From Paraspadella gotoi (Eukaryota; Animalia; Chaetognatha): 64,000 nt of DNA. Below the pieces are notes generated by a model, which ran no database searches, was not told the origin of the DNA, and saw only the letters and a program-made list of their open reading frames with translations. The stretch is from contig CM119265.1 of assembly GCA_051294375.1 (NCBI GenBank), positions 26,201,748-26,265,747 on the forward strand, in the 5' to 3' direction. A program made the translations under genes and the position numbers. Shown piece by piece: positions 14,109 through 25,067 of this stretch (positions are counted from its first letter, which is position 1; every line of letters starts with the position of its first letter).

Positions 14109-14859
14109 ACTGTTTAAAAACCCATATTTCCGATTGTAGTAGTTAATAAGCATTTTACAAAAAACAAAAAAAAACAAAAAACATAGCAAACAAAGAAACA
14201 AGAAAACAAGACCTGAGCATTTTGTTTTGATCCGCCTTCAACATCGCGACGAGACAATCGGCGGAAGAAAGTGAATCGCAATTGAGTTTCACGACCGCCG
14301 ATTGCGATTGCGCCCGTCGACGCTAGCTTCGGACGCTGATGCCGACACCGGGAAGATTCCGCCGCGGCGACGGGATTCGCTGCGCCGCTGGGCGAACCCG
14401 GCTCCTGCGCCAGGGATCGAAGCCGCTGCTGCGGTGGAAGCTTTGGTCGAAGCTGTTTGCGAATTAGTCACGACGATTTGCGGAGTTGCTGCGGATTTTT
14501 GCAGCAGGTTTAGCGCCTTCGGTCGTACTGCTGGCGGCTTCAGCGAGGGTCGTCGTATTGGATTGCTGCACTGGCACGGAGTGGCCCCATGCAGATGGAG
14601 CAGCTGGAAAGTTGGATATCGAAATCGGGAATTGTCAAACGAGATATCAGCTTCATCATTATTCACTTAATTTTTTAAATGTCTAATTAAAACATATTTT
14701 ACATTGAAATAAATAAAATAAGATAATTTCAAATAATGGCAAAGAACTACTTTCTCTCCGCGGACTCACACGTCGTCGGAGATTTCAGATTCCTCGCCGA
14801 ACGAGAACTGTTTGTCCATCAAACCATTGAATCGAGGCCTTTGAAATAGAGACAGAAAA

Positions 14860-14939
<80 letters not shown>

Positions 14940-17900
14940 CCCTCCTACCTTCCCCTCCTCATCCACGGCGGATGAAAGGCCTCCATCTGCTTAACCCTGA
15001 TCTTCTCCGAGAGATAAGGCGCGGGAATTCCGGAGCGAGTCTCCAATCCGCTGGCGGCGGATGAGGGAGGCCCAACTCCCTCAGCGGGACGCGCCACTTG
15101 GGGCGGAAAGAGGTGAGGCGGCGAAAGATCTTCGTCGTCGTCTTCTTCGTCGTCGTCGTCGTCGTCTTCTTCTTCTTCGTCGTTTTCGTCTTCTTCGTCG
15201 TCTTCGATTTTCTCGTCGGTGATTGACGCAGTCCGCGTCGGAGATTTTCTGCGTTGGTTTCGGGGTAAGTCGAGTAAGTCAAAGGTGAGGTCGTTTGAGT
15301 TGGCGGGTTGGAGCTGATTCAATGGTCGGTCGGTCGGTCTCTCGATTCCCTTATTCTTAATTTAAGAAATTTTTAAATTTAGAGAAACGGGTAGTAATTT
15401 ATTAATTGGTTTAATTATAAAATACGCTTTAAATTTATGACTGAAATTAATGACCACTGCTATTTTAAAGTTTACTGCTCAACTGCTGCAGGCAAGATCT
15501 ATAAAAAAAATTTTTTCGAAATAAACTGAATCAGATAAATTTTTTAACGTAGCAGAATCTAAACCTTCCTACTACTGCATCAACTACATCAACACTCGAC
15601 ATCCCACTCCATCATCGTTCCCTCCTCCACCAGCTGCCCCTGCGAGAAGACGTCGTCGGCGAATTCGTCCCTTTCGTCCGTCCGAGTCGATCCGTCACGA
15701 AAGTCAATCTCATCTCGGCGCCGGAAATCGCGCTTCATTGACGACTGATGTCCTCCATGGCTTTTGAGGGGGTGGGGAGAAGGCGAGAAGTGGAGGGAGA
15801 GGGAGTGATAGAGAATTGATTACTCGATGTTCGTTGCATTTTTTATTACGAATAACTGTGAAATTAATTTATTTAAATTAATTAAAAACTGCAATAAACA
15901 ATGATAAACTTTTATAAACAGTAAAAAATATCTCGCGTCAGATTCCAGGGTAACCTGCTTGAGACTTTGCAACAGATTTTGTGTCAGCGCCTGAAGAAAT
16001 ATCGATTGTTTAAATAACGGCTGTGACTTATTTCATAAAATTTAATATAATAAATAAATCTAATAAAATTAATAAAATAGTTATGTAAAATCAATTTTGT
16101 TCTATTTTAATCTAAATCATTGAAACGAGTAATTTTAAAATTTTTCACATATATATTTATAAAATGATTCCTCACATATTCGAATCGTGAAGCCAGTGAT
16201 TTCGTCCCCATTTCCTGTGAGACGAATAATTATCGAGTGATCAAGTGAAAGAACAAAAATTCATTGTAACTCTTTTAACCAACTCCTTCACCCCCTAATC
16301 ACACTCCCCAAAATAAATAAAAAAACATTTTCAAACTCGACTACAGTAGACGTCGGTTCGTCCAACCATAAAACGTCCGCATTATTTCCGTCGGAAATTA
16401 TGGTTGAAACTCATGGAGCGAATCCGTCTCGGCCACTGGTGACGACGACGACGATGAGGACGACGAGACGACGATGACGAAGACGACGACGATGGTGACG
16501 AACGACGAATATGACGAAGACGATACGATGAAGATGACGACCAAGACGAAGAAGACGACAATGATGAGGACGACGAAGAACGATGACAAAGACGACGAGG
16601 ACCAAGACGACGACGATGATGATGAGACGACGAAGCTACGACACGAACGAACGAACGAAGACGACAATGAAGATGACGAGCATAAGGAGAAGGACGACGA
16701 ACGAAGACGACGAAGAAAACGACGACGACGACGACGACGGCAGATAAAAACCACGAGGACAATAACTCATTCGATCTCCCATTTTCATTGTTTTCGATTT
16801 CAAGCTTTTCCCTGGAGTATCGACCAAGCAAAACCGGAAAATCTTTCACTGATTTCCAATCAAAGTCCTTACCTAAAGAAGCCTTACCCGTGGTCACGGT
16901 TGTAATTTCTTTCTTCCCGAGACAAACTTCCTCCCATGATTTCGTCGTCGTCGACGTCCTCTTTGTCGTCGTCGTCGTCTTCTTCTTCTTCCTCTCTCCT
17001 TGCCAGAAAAAAAAAAATTAATAAAAAAAATTTTTTGTTGAGAACTAAAAAGATTTTTAATCGATCTGATTTACGGGAGAAGGAAAAAAAGGGGAGAGAA
17101 AAGATTTGAGGGAAAAGGGAAATTCGAACGTCTGCTGTAAAAGAGAATAGGCAATGTACTTTAATTATTAATGACAATTTCGATTTATGTTAAGAAATAC
17201 ATTTAATTAAGATAACTCAAATTTGCCACATGCGAAATTTATCAAAATGTAACTTCTCAACGTAATTATATCTTAAAGCTAAAACGTAAGTATTTAATCA
17301 AAAAAGTTGGTGACCGCGAAGGGACTCGAACCCTCAATCTTCTGATTCGAAGTCAGACGCCTTCTCCATTAGGCCACGCGGCCAACTGTATTTAAAAAGC
17401 TAAATAAAAAATATATGAAATAAACTACTATATATTTTAGTACGAGAATTGCCAAATCATCAGAGAATTAATGTTAACTAAATTATAAAAGAATATCTTA
17501 TTTTTATTAATAATATAAAACAAAAAATGACCACCGAAGGGACTCGAACCCTCAATCTTCTGATTCGAAGTCAGACGCCTTCTCCATTAGGCCACGCGGC
17601 GACATGTACAAAAGCTTTGTTTGGGCCCCCNNNNNNNNNNNNNNNNNNNNNNNNNGAGAAATTCCTCTTCCTCTTTCTCCTCTTCCTCTTCCCCTTCCTC
17701 CTCCGCCTCCTCCTACACGAGAGGCCGCTCCTCCGCCTCTCCCTCTCTTCCGACGCTGGAAGAAAGTTTAGCGACGACGGTTCGTCTGCTCGAGATGGAG
17801 CTGGAGACGCGAAGAGGCTCGTCCGCGGTGTCCGCCGCGTCGGCGTCTGCGGCGGCGGCCGCGGCGTCCACGCCAGCGACGGCGTCAGCGACGGCGTCAG

Positions 17901-18678
17901 CCGCGTCAGAGAAGCCCGCGTCGACGCCAGCGGCCGCTGCGGAGTCTTCGGGAAGAAGCTATCAAGGATCCGGCATGGTTCAGGAGGCGTTGACGGCGTC
18001 TCTCCAGCGGCTGGAGGATTTCAAGAGGAGATTGAAGATTCTGTTGGAACTCAATGAGGAGAAGATTGATTTCGCCGCGCAATCGGGTGAGGTGAGGGGG
18101 GGGGTAGGTTAGAGTTCGTCTCGATTATGAAATTGGTACGATAAATATAACAATTATCTATTCATTTAATAAATAAGCCATCTTTGCCCTTGACTTTGGA
18201 CACTGGACAGGCTTTGGTGGTTTAGGGCCTCAATCACTCTTACAAGATAATGACATAGCATTATGTTATATTATTATATATAATATTATGTTATATGGAG
18301 ATGTGATGATGCTAATTCGATGATAGCGAACGAGAACAACTTTTTTTTTTCATATTTCTTGATTTATGTCAAATCTTCCTTTCTGTAAAAGCTAAATTGT
18401 GAGCCCAAAAAAATTGACCGCGAAGGGACTCGAACCCTCAATCTTCTGATTCGAAGTCAGACGCCTTCTCCATTAGGCCACGTGGCCAGGGATAAAATTC
18501 AATGTTATTTTTTGTCTTGCCGATCTACGAAATTTTAATGACTTTCTCCATGCGCTCCCTCTCCCTTTTTCCCCTTCTTTCCCCGCGTCTGACAGCCACG
18601 CCCCTCGTGGACGCAGCGACGTCGCAAGATTTGAGTCACGATCTTCAACTCGATCACGGTGAAGGAGAAAATCTGTGA
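7659..18678 (+). CDS. dtx: Deltex-family E3 ubiquitin ligase (RING-H2 + DTC domain + C-terminal coiled-coil extension), multi-exon, scrambled by assembly
   Basis: Well-supported exons: 10131-10433, 10496-10562, 10728-11123 (CSIC...CVHFLHADC), an exon inside the N gap seen only in the mirror arm at 14019-13841 (CPLCKT..GGIQ), 11795-11947 (GPYNRNPGTPY..RIAYLPNNVKGRLALQLIILAWEWRILFTVG, a DTC signature), 12413-12530 (..ELKDLGV), 17656-18086 and 18596-18678 (TGA), followed by AATAAA at ~18773. Splice sites are GT-AG and the phases checked from the RING exon onward are consistent. Upstream exons 7659-7763, 8381-8492, 8567-~9010, 9163-9200 and 9387-9422 are less certain, and the start codon was not found. 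Confidence 0.8.
7773..7845 (+). tRNA. trnR-UCG: tRNA-Arg(UCG)
   Basis: 73-nt cloverleaf GGCCGCG/CGTGGTC, anticodon arm TCTGA-CTTCGAA-TCAGA, T-loop GTTCGAGTC, followed by an oligo-T pol III terminator. Confidence 0.95.
7990..8062 (+). tRNA. trnR-UCG: tRNA-Arg(UCG)
   Basis: Same cloverleaf with acceptor GGCCGCG/CGCGGTC, followed by CCA and then TTTTT. Confidence 0.95.
12052..12124 (-). tRNA. trnR-UCG: tRNA-Arg(UCG), variant anticodon stem
   Basis: Reverse complement GGCTGCGTGGCCTAATGGAGAAGGCGTCCGACTTCGAATCGGAAGATTGAGGGTTCGAGTCCCTTCGCGGTCG; stem is TCCGA/TCGGA. Confidence 0.9.
12294..12366 (-). tRNA. trnR-UCG: tRNA-Arg(UCG)
   Basis: Full cloverleaf on the - strand with one G-U pair in the anticodon stem and an adjacent TTTT terminator. 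Confidence 0.9.
12975..13046 (+). tRNA. Mirror copy of tRNA-Arg 12294-12366 with indels (probable artefact)
   Basis: Lies in the inverted arm; several single-base deletions. Confidence 0.4.
13216..13290 (+). tRNA. Mirror copy of tRNA-Arg 12052-12124 with indels (probable artefact)
   Basis: Lies in the inverted arm; homopolymer insertions; keeps the TCCGA/TCGGA stem. Confidence 0.45.
17311..17383 (-). tRNA. Mirror copy of tRNA-Arg 7990-8062
   Basis: Intact cloverleaf but inside the inverted arm. Confidence 0.5.
17528..17600 (-). tRNA. Mirror copy of tRNA-Arg 7773-7845 with indels
   Basis: Lies in the inverted arm. Confidence 0.4.
18415..18487 (-). tRNA. trnR-UCG: tRNA-Arg(UCG), one acceptor-stem mismatch
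   Basis: Cloverleaf GGCCACG/CGCGGTC (A:C mismatch) with an adjacent oligo-T. Lies in the last Deltex intron, outside the duplication. Confidence 0.85.
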
Positions 18679-18897
18679 AAGAGAAAACCTCTGGATAAAA
18701 ATCTGTGAAATTCTTTCATCTCCGTGACTCTTTGAGTGAATCGCACGCGATTGTGATTCGTTTCTAAGAATGAATAAAATCTATAAAAAATTTTATAATT
18801 TGTGATCTGACCTTGATCCAAATTCGGACCCAGGAAAAAGGTCAGGTCAAGTTTATGGTTAGTTTAGTGCTAACATTGTGATAAAGGCGTATGACTG

Positions 18898-18950
<53 letters not shown>

Positions 18951-19269
18951 ATTTATTTTTTTCTCTCTCTCCTTTTCTTCAACAACAAATAAAAGAAAAG
19001 TCCAAAAAAATGATAAAAGAGAATTCCAGAGAAAAAAATGAGAGGATAAAAATATAAAAAAAAAGGAAAAAAAAAAAAGCTGAAAAAGAAAAAACACGAA
19101 AAAAATCAGAAAAAAAGAAGAGAAATTGAAGCAAAATATGAGGGAGACATTGAGATTAGGAATGTGAAGGGAGACAAAGTATCTTCACCAGAATTTATCG
19201 AGTCACATTTTCCCGCGTCGAAGGTAAGTACCTTCTGGGTCGGTAACCTAAAGAGATCCGCAATTCATT

Positions 19270-19361
<92 letters not shown>

Positions 19362-20285
19362 TTTTACAAATATTTAAACAATAAATTCAATTGATCTTCT
19401 CGACAAAGAGACAAACTTTCTGATTCATTTCACGACATAAATAATCGAAACTAAGAACTAAGAAGAGACAACAAAAAATAAAGAAGGAACAAAACAACCA
19501 AAAAGAATAAAAGAAAAAAAGAAAAGAAAAGGAGAAAAAAAAACGAAGAAAAGAACGAGGATAGAAAAGCGAAAACAAAAGACAGACGAGGGAGAAAAGA
19601 AATAAAAAAGGAAGAGCGAAGATGAGAGAGAAAAGGAGAGAAAGGATTGGTGGATGACAGACAATGGAAAGAATGAAGGGAGGGAGAGAAGGAGAGAGGA
19701 AGGAGGAAGAGAGGGAGGAAAGGAGATGGAACATTCACAAGTGAGACTGTGAAGTCTAGCGGAGAACGAGTGAGACGCTTCGAACGATAAATTTCCGTTG
19801 ACTTTATGAAAAAATATAAAGAGACGTCTCTGAACAGAAGCGTCCTCTTTCCTCAGCGCGGAAGCCGCCGCCGCAGCCGCCGCCGCAGCCGCCGCCGCCC
19901 TTGCGTTTTATTGACATCCGTTGTATCACGGGAAGAGACGCTCTCTGTTTTCACGCTTCACAGACTTTCACTTTGAGTTTGACAATGATAAACCTCACAA
20001 TTTCTTTTCCCTTTTTTTCTTGAAAATGATAAAAGTTTCCACTTTTCGCTTTGACGGTGATAAAGTTTTTTTTTTCCATTCTATGGCATAATAAGATCTC
20101 ACTTTGACGAAGTGAAATGTGTGATATTATAGGGTATTATATTTATAATTATTTGTCCTTTAGGATGAGGAAAATATTGTAAAAAACAAAACAGCGCAAG
20201 AGAGAACTATATATAAAAATACGATTGGCCAATTTGAACCTTTTGTATGTAAACATTATTACAAACCAATGAAATATTCCTGAAT

Positions 20286-20408
<123 letters not shown>

Positions 20409-20676
20409 CTCACTCACTCATTTGGCGAAGATATTGTATCAGTACTCTTTGGAAACCGTTTATTAAACATAAACATTAAACAACAGAAATTGACTTCCTT
20501 TTTTAAAAGCTACTCCTTCGCCTCGGAGGATAGCGTCCCTGCTGTAATCGCGAGCTTTCGAGGAGGTCGCCCGGCTGGCTCTGTCGATCGAATGTGGTTC
20601 CGTTTTCTCCTTGATCCCACTGGCTAGGGAATCCACAATGGTCATCCGAAGTGTCACCTGGAGGCGCGAGTCTAAC

Positions 20677-20790
20677 GGTCGACTGATTCCACCAGGTCGA
20701 TCGGTTGTGGTCGACTGATTCCAACAGGTCGATCGCTTGTGGTCGACCGATTCCACCAGGTCGACCACCTCGGTCAGCTAATTCCATCCG
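20677..20790. repeat. ~31-bp tandem repeat (GGTCGACTGATTCCACCAGGTCGATCGGTTGT), ~3 units
   Basis: Directly visible units. Confidence 0.8.
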
Positions 20791-21714
20791 GCTGACCAGT
20801 ATATAATCTCCCTATAATAATCTTCCCTCTAACTAATAATATATACTTTCCCTATCCTAATCATCCCTATATAACCGTTATAACTCAAACCCCTGCCTTT
20901 CATATATCGCGTACGTTCTCAGCTTACATATAAAGGTTCGTCTTGTCCAGCGCAATATTCACCCACTTGTTATATCCATCTACGAAAACAAGAGAATAAC
21001 TGGTTCATTGATTATATGGCGTCGAGCAAGGAAGGAAGATCGCTGCCTCCTCGGATGTATCCATTGTAGATTCCCTAGCATGGCGCGGGGAACTCGTGTT
21101 GACATTGAGCCTCATCCTACTTGGTCGTAAATTTTTTTTTATCTCAAAAATATTATTGTTTACAAATATCGATTGTTTTTAACTACATTCTTCCGATGTT
21201 ATATCACAATTTCTTTGTTCGAAGCTTTAAATTATTTGTATGTTTGTCTCTTTTCTTTTTCGTTTTTGAAATTTTTTTTCACAATCTTTTCGCAACTATA
21301 ACCGAAATATGTCTCAATTTTTACGTCATTAAAACAATCGTTGTATGTAAATTTAAAAAAAGTCAAAAAGCAACAAATCCTTAAATATTATTTTTATCGT
21401 AAACTGAAAAAGAGTCAAATTAGTTCGTGACTCGAAATAGTTTCGAGTTAAACCGTGAAAAGCGATTTGTGATTCTTGAGACATGAAGGGGTCGAGAAAG
21501 TTTTCAGGTTTCACGAATAATTTTTTTGCGATGAGTCATTTGAAGTGTTTTCGTCATCGTCGCCGTCGTCGACGACGTTGTCGGTCCGCTTTGTCGTTTG
21601 TTGACAGTTGCCTCCGAAACACTCTAATGTCTCATATTACAATTAATACATTACTTTTAAATGTTATTATCCACGAGATTGTGGAAGAGAGTTTGGTTAA
21701 AAGCTTGCTGGGTC

Positions 21715-22150
21715 CTGCTATTTTTGTATTGGCGTTCGCGGTGCGCAACGCGGGCGTCGCCTTAGGGCAGGACGGCTCAACGTTCGGACGGCAGAGATTT
21801 TCGACACGAGTCCCAAGTTTCCTGATTCGCGACGGAACGTTCGCGACGACGGACGACGACAACGATTTAATATGAAGAAGAAAGCAAATATCTGGGTTTA
21901 TTTTTAACGTTTTTGAAATTTAGAAAGTCAAGGCAGTTGCCTCGTTAAGCCGCGACGTCGAACGTTTTTCACGTTGATTTTTAAGGTGTTGCTTTTAAAG
22001 TGTTTTTATCGTTTTTAAATCCATTGTTTGTTTTGAAACAACTTGAACTATCGCCGATTGCATCTAAATATCAATAAACATTTTTTAAAACATCTTGGAT
22101 TCTCGGTCGTCGTCTAAGAGAAAGTAGCAAAATAAAACAATTTGTATTAT
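21715..22150 (+). repeat. ~430-bp direct repeat, copy A (left of the MULE transposase)
   Basis: Colinear with 26325-26775, e.g. CGCGGTGCGCAACGC, GCAGTTGCCTCGTTAAGCCGCGACG and ATAAACATTTTT.AAAACATC; differs mainly by indels. Confidence 0.85.
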
Positions 22151-22282
22151 TTAAACCGAGGCAGCTCAAACAGTGAAAAACGAGCGTCATTGTCCCAGTG
22201 AAACTGGGCGTTTAAATGTTAAACAAAAAAAGACCGACCGGTCGGAATCGCAAAACGAACGAACAACACTTCCGTCGATTAA

Positions 22283-25067
22283 ATGATTCGCCTGCGCGCT
22301 TCGCGATGTGAAAGACTGAAACGAAAACGTCGCTTCAAAAAATTTGTGCGCTACGGCTTTCTTGATGCCAGTGTGATCTTCAAGAACCCCCTTCGGCCTA
22401 CGACTCGACGCCAAACAAACAAAACATTCGAAACATCAGCGGCAACGACCGGCCAAAGAATGCGCCGGTCTATCTTCACGCTTTCTCTCGGCGACCCCTT
22501 AGGCGCTGACGGCGACTTTAAAGAGATACTGGATGATTACAGATGGATCGTCGAGCGTGCCTCCAATCTCAGAGATTTGACGTCTGATTCATGTCGCCGT
22601 GGAGACATCAACTTTGAAAAAGATAAGTCTTATTGAAATAGAATAGAGAATTTCCTATGGAGTATGACTGTGGATGATTTTCCATCTTTTCTCTTCTGCA
22701 TGCTTTGTACTTCCTGATTGCAGTTAGGCCTAAGTGAGGTTACCAATCCTGACAAGGAGTTTGAAGTGCCGCGCAGATGGAGGAAGAGCCTTTGAATTAG
22801 AGGGATGGATAAGGATCAGCCCGGTCTGGCTCTGGAGGTGTTCACATGGCTCTGACGGGAGCGTTCAGGTCAGTACGTTCCTTGAGAGAGCATTATACGT
22901 GGCTGAATGAGCCAGATTGGATAGAGAATTGCATATGTTAATTAGAAAGAGAGGGAAGAACAGGTGGCTCTGCAATTTAGGCACGAAGGTCCGAGGATTG
23001 AGGCTCATGAAATAGAAAAAGAGGTGAACTTATGATAGCACGCACAGAATTACTGCTGAGAACGAAAAGAAAATAGCTGAACTGAAAGCTCCATTGCATC
23101 GAGCCCTTGAACCAGATAAAGTTATATGAATTTCCTCTCCTTGGCGACCTCAAACTGTAGATGTTTTCTTGGGTCGCAGATGGGCAGTCAAAGAACTCGT
23201 CTGTGCCAACAAGGAGGGGCGAGAGATGCCGGTCTATTCAGCACATTCTGTCGTGACCCGGTCTGCTCACGTGGAGATTTCTGTGGATGCTTGATCACGC
23301 CTGGCAACCTTCTGCTGAAGTGGGGATTACAAACCGAAATGGCAATGGATTATGGGAAAACATAACAGCGTCAGGTGTTAGCTTCACTCTTTGGTAATCC
23401 TTTGGCTGGGGTCTTTGCGCCTCCTCAAAGGCAACCCTATGATCCCTTTCCTTTGGTTTCGTGAATGCGGCACCTGTTGGCACCTGTGGTAGCAGTTCAC
23501 CGCATGGGGTTCGCCCACTTGTTCATGACTTTCCAAGACTATGCCTTGCTGCATATGGTTGGCGGGCAGCACTCTCCCAAAGGAGCGTCCTACTGTCAGT
23601 TTGCTAACAAATTGGCCAGGGTATTTCCAGCAGGATGGTGAAGCCATTTTGAGAGAGTTTTCGTTTCATGTTGAGAGTGCTTCCTGGCATTCAGTTATGA
23701 TAAATTTTTTGGCAATTTGTTGGAATGGACAAGGGGTGCTGCCAATTCTGGCCATCCAGAATTTAAGATGTACACTGATGGTGATCAGGCTCTGGGAGCT
23801 GCGAAGGCAGATTTAGAGAACATTGGGATACCAAAAGTGCATGTTTTTCACTAGAATAAATCTTGAGAGCTGGCTTGAAGAAGGGTGAGCTTAAGCTTCA
23901 GACCATGATGGTCTACATGCGAATTTGTTGGGTCTTCAAAGTGATGGCCAGAAGATTGCTGAAATTCAAATTGTGATTTCAAGGAGTTCGACCTCAATAG
24001 ATGTCCTGAGAGGCTCATGTGAAAGGGCGTGTACCCTTCATCAGAGAGACTGGAAAGATTCATCATAGTTGACTGTGCGACAAAATAGACCTGCTGGTTT
24101 TGCTGTTTTTGTTTTCTTTTTCTTAAGGACATCTTCATGCAGATGGAATCACCCTTTTCAGCAATCAACACGCAGCATCCAATGACGGGACTGTACATTT
24201 CTGGCTAAGTTGAACGCCATCCAGGCGAGACTGTGACGCGATAACCGAGGTCCAGCAATTCTGCAGCATCTGAAGGATCACCAGGAAGCATGTTGCGCTG
24301 CCCACGAGCCTTTGAGGCACGAAGGAGCATGTGCAAGAATCGTGTTAGCAGGGGTCTGAGAGTATGTCATCGTCTCTCCTGACTGCTAAATCCAATGCTG
24401 CAGAGAAGAGATCCCTGCTGTCAAGCATGCTGAGCATGTAATCATTGCTATATTTAAGTGCCCTGTTGTTTATATCTAAATCTGTGCCTGACCGAAGTCC
24501 TTCAGTTGCAGATCAACAGCAAGCTGTTTCAGGGTTTGGGCAGGGACATATGCAACGAGGACTGGTGGGGCAAGAAATGTATGTAGAACCTGTAATCAGA
24601 CTCAACACCACACTTTTATCCATGCTGATGGTGCCCTTAGTGGTGGACTGCGGGGCCGGAGTCAACCCATCCTGACCCAGTTTTGTCTGCCTTTGTCACC
24701 CTGGATAGTGGAGAAGCCAACTTTGTTGGCCCAAAACCCGCTGTTCCAGGCGGGACTTTGGTGACGCACCTTCTTTTGAAGAGATGGCGAAATGGTCAAA
24801 GAAAAAGGATTGAGGCACGTCTTTTGCAGTAGATTACAGTTCTTGGGGTTGCGTTCATGGTGTTGCTATCGATGCGCTTGCTCTTCCCCTGGGCGGTATC
24901 TGCTTAATGTAGGGTATTTCAGGCAGCAGCCTGAAGATTCCCCTGAAATGAAGCATGAAGTTCAGAAGGGAAGCTGCAAAGCTCTAATGGAAGATTCAGT
25001 TGCCAGACCGACAACGAGACCAAAATCAAACTTAAGAATGACAGAAAGAGCTGACCGAACGAAATGA
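22283..25067 (+). pseudogene. Mutator/MULE (MuDR/FAR1-like) transposase, frameshifted in this assembly
   Basis: Hand translation across frames gives motifs in the canonical order: FAR1/WRKY-GCM1-like ELVCAN..SAHVEISV..W..GKHNS (~23190-23370); RPLVHD (first D, ~23527); NKLARVFPAGW; ESASWHSVMINFL; KMYTDGDQALGAA (second D, ~23777); YQKCMF..NLESWL; SESM (E, ~24358); SWIM-like FCSRLQFLG/CVHGVAI (~24820-24870). Boundaries are approximate. Confidence 0.68.

Larger units (their letters stand above)
7746..17626. repeat. Large inverted duplication (arms 7746-12530 and 12819-17626, unique spacer 12531-12818), probable fold-back artefact
   Basis: The right arm is the reverse complement of the left with scattered 1-nt indels and ends at a 25-N gap. 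The junction sits on the palindrome GATGCATC (12526-12533). Confidence 0.92.

Noticed and set aside
12819-17626. Second, inverted Deltex paralogue with four more tRNAs
   Set aside because: Indel pattern, junction structure and termination at a gap indicate a fold-back copy of the same locus.
22283-23365. TGA recoding (selenocysteine or alternative code) in a long frame
   Set aside because: TAG and TAA also occur, the protein-like frame shifts, and other genes here use TGA as stop. Decay and indel errors explain it.
24570-24930. KDZ/Zisupton transposase reading (CRTC..HADG; CVHG..RY) fused to MULE
   Set aside because: The same residues fit a SWIM finger in the expected MULE order, and no further KDZ catalytic motifs were seen. 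It needs an HMM test but is less parsimonious.
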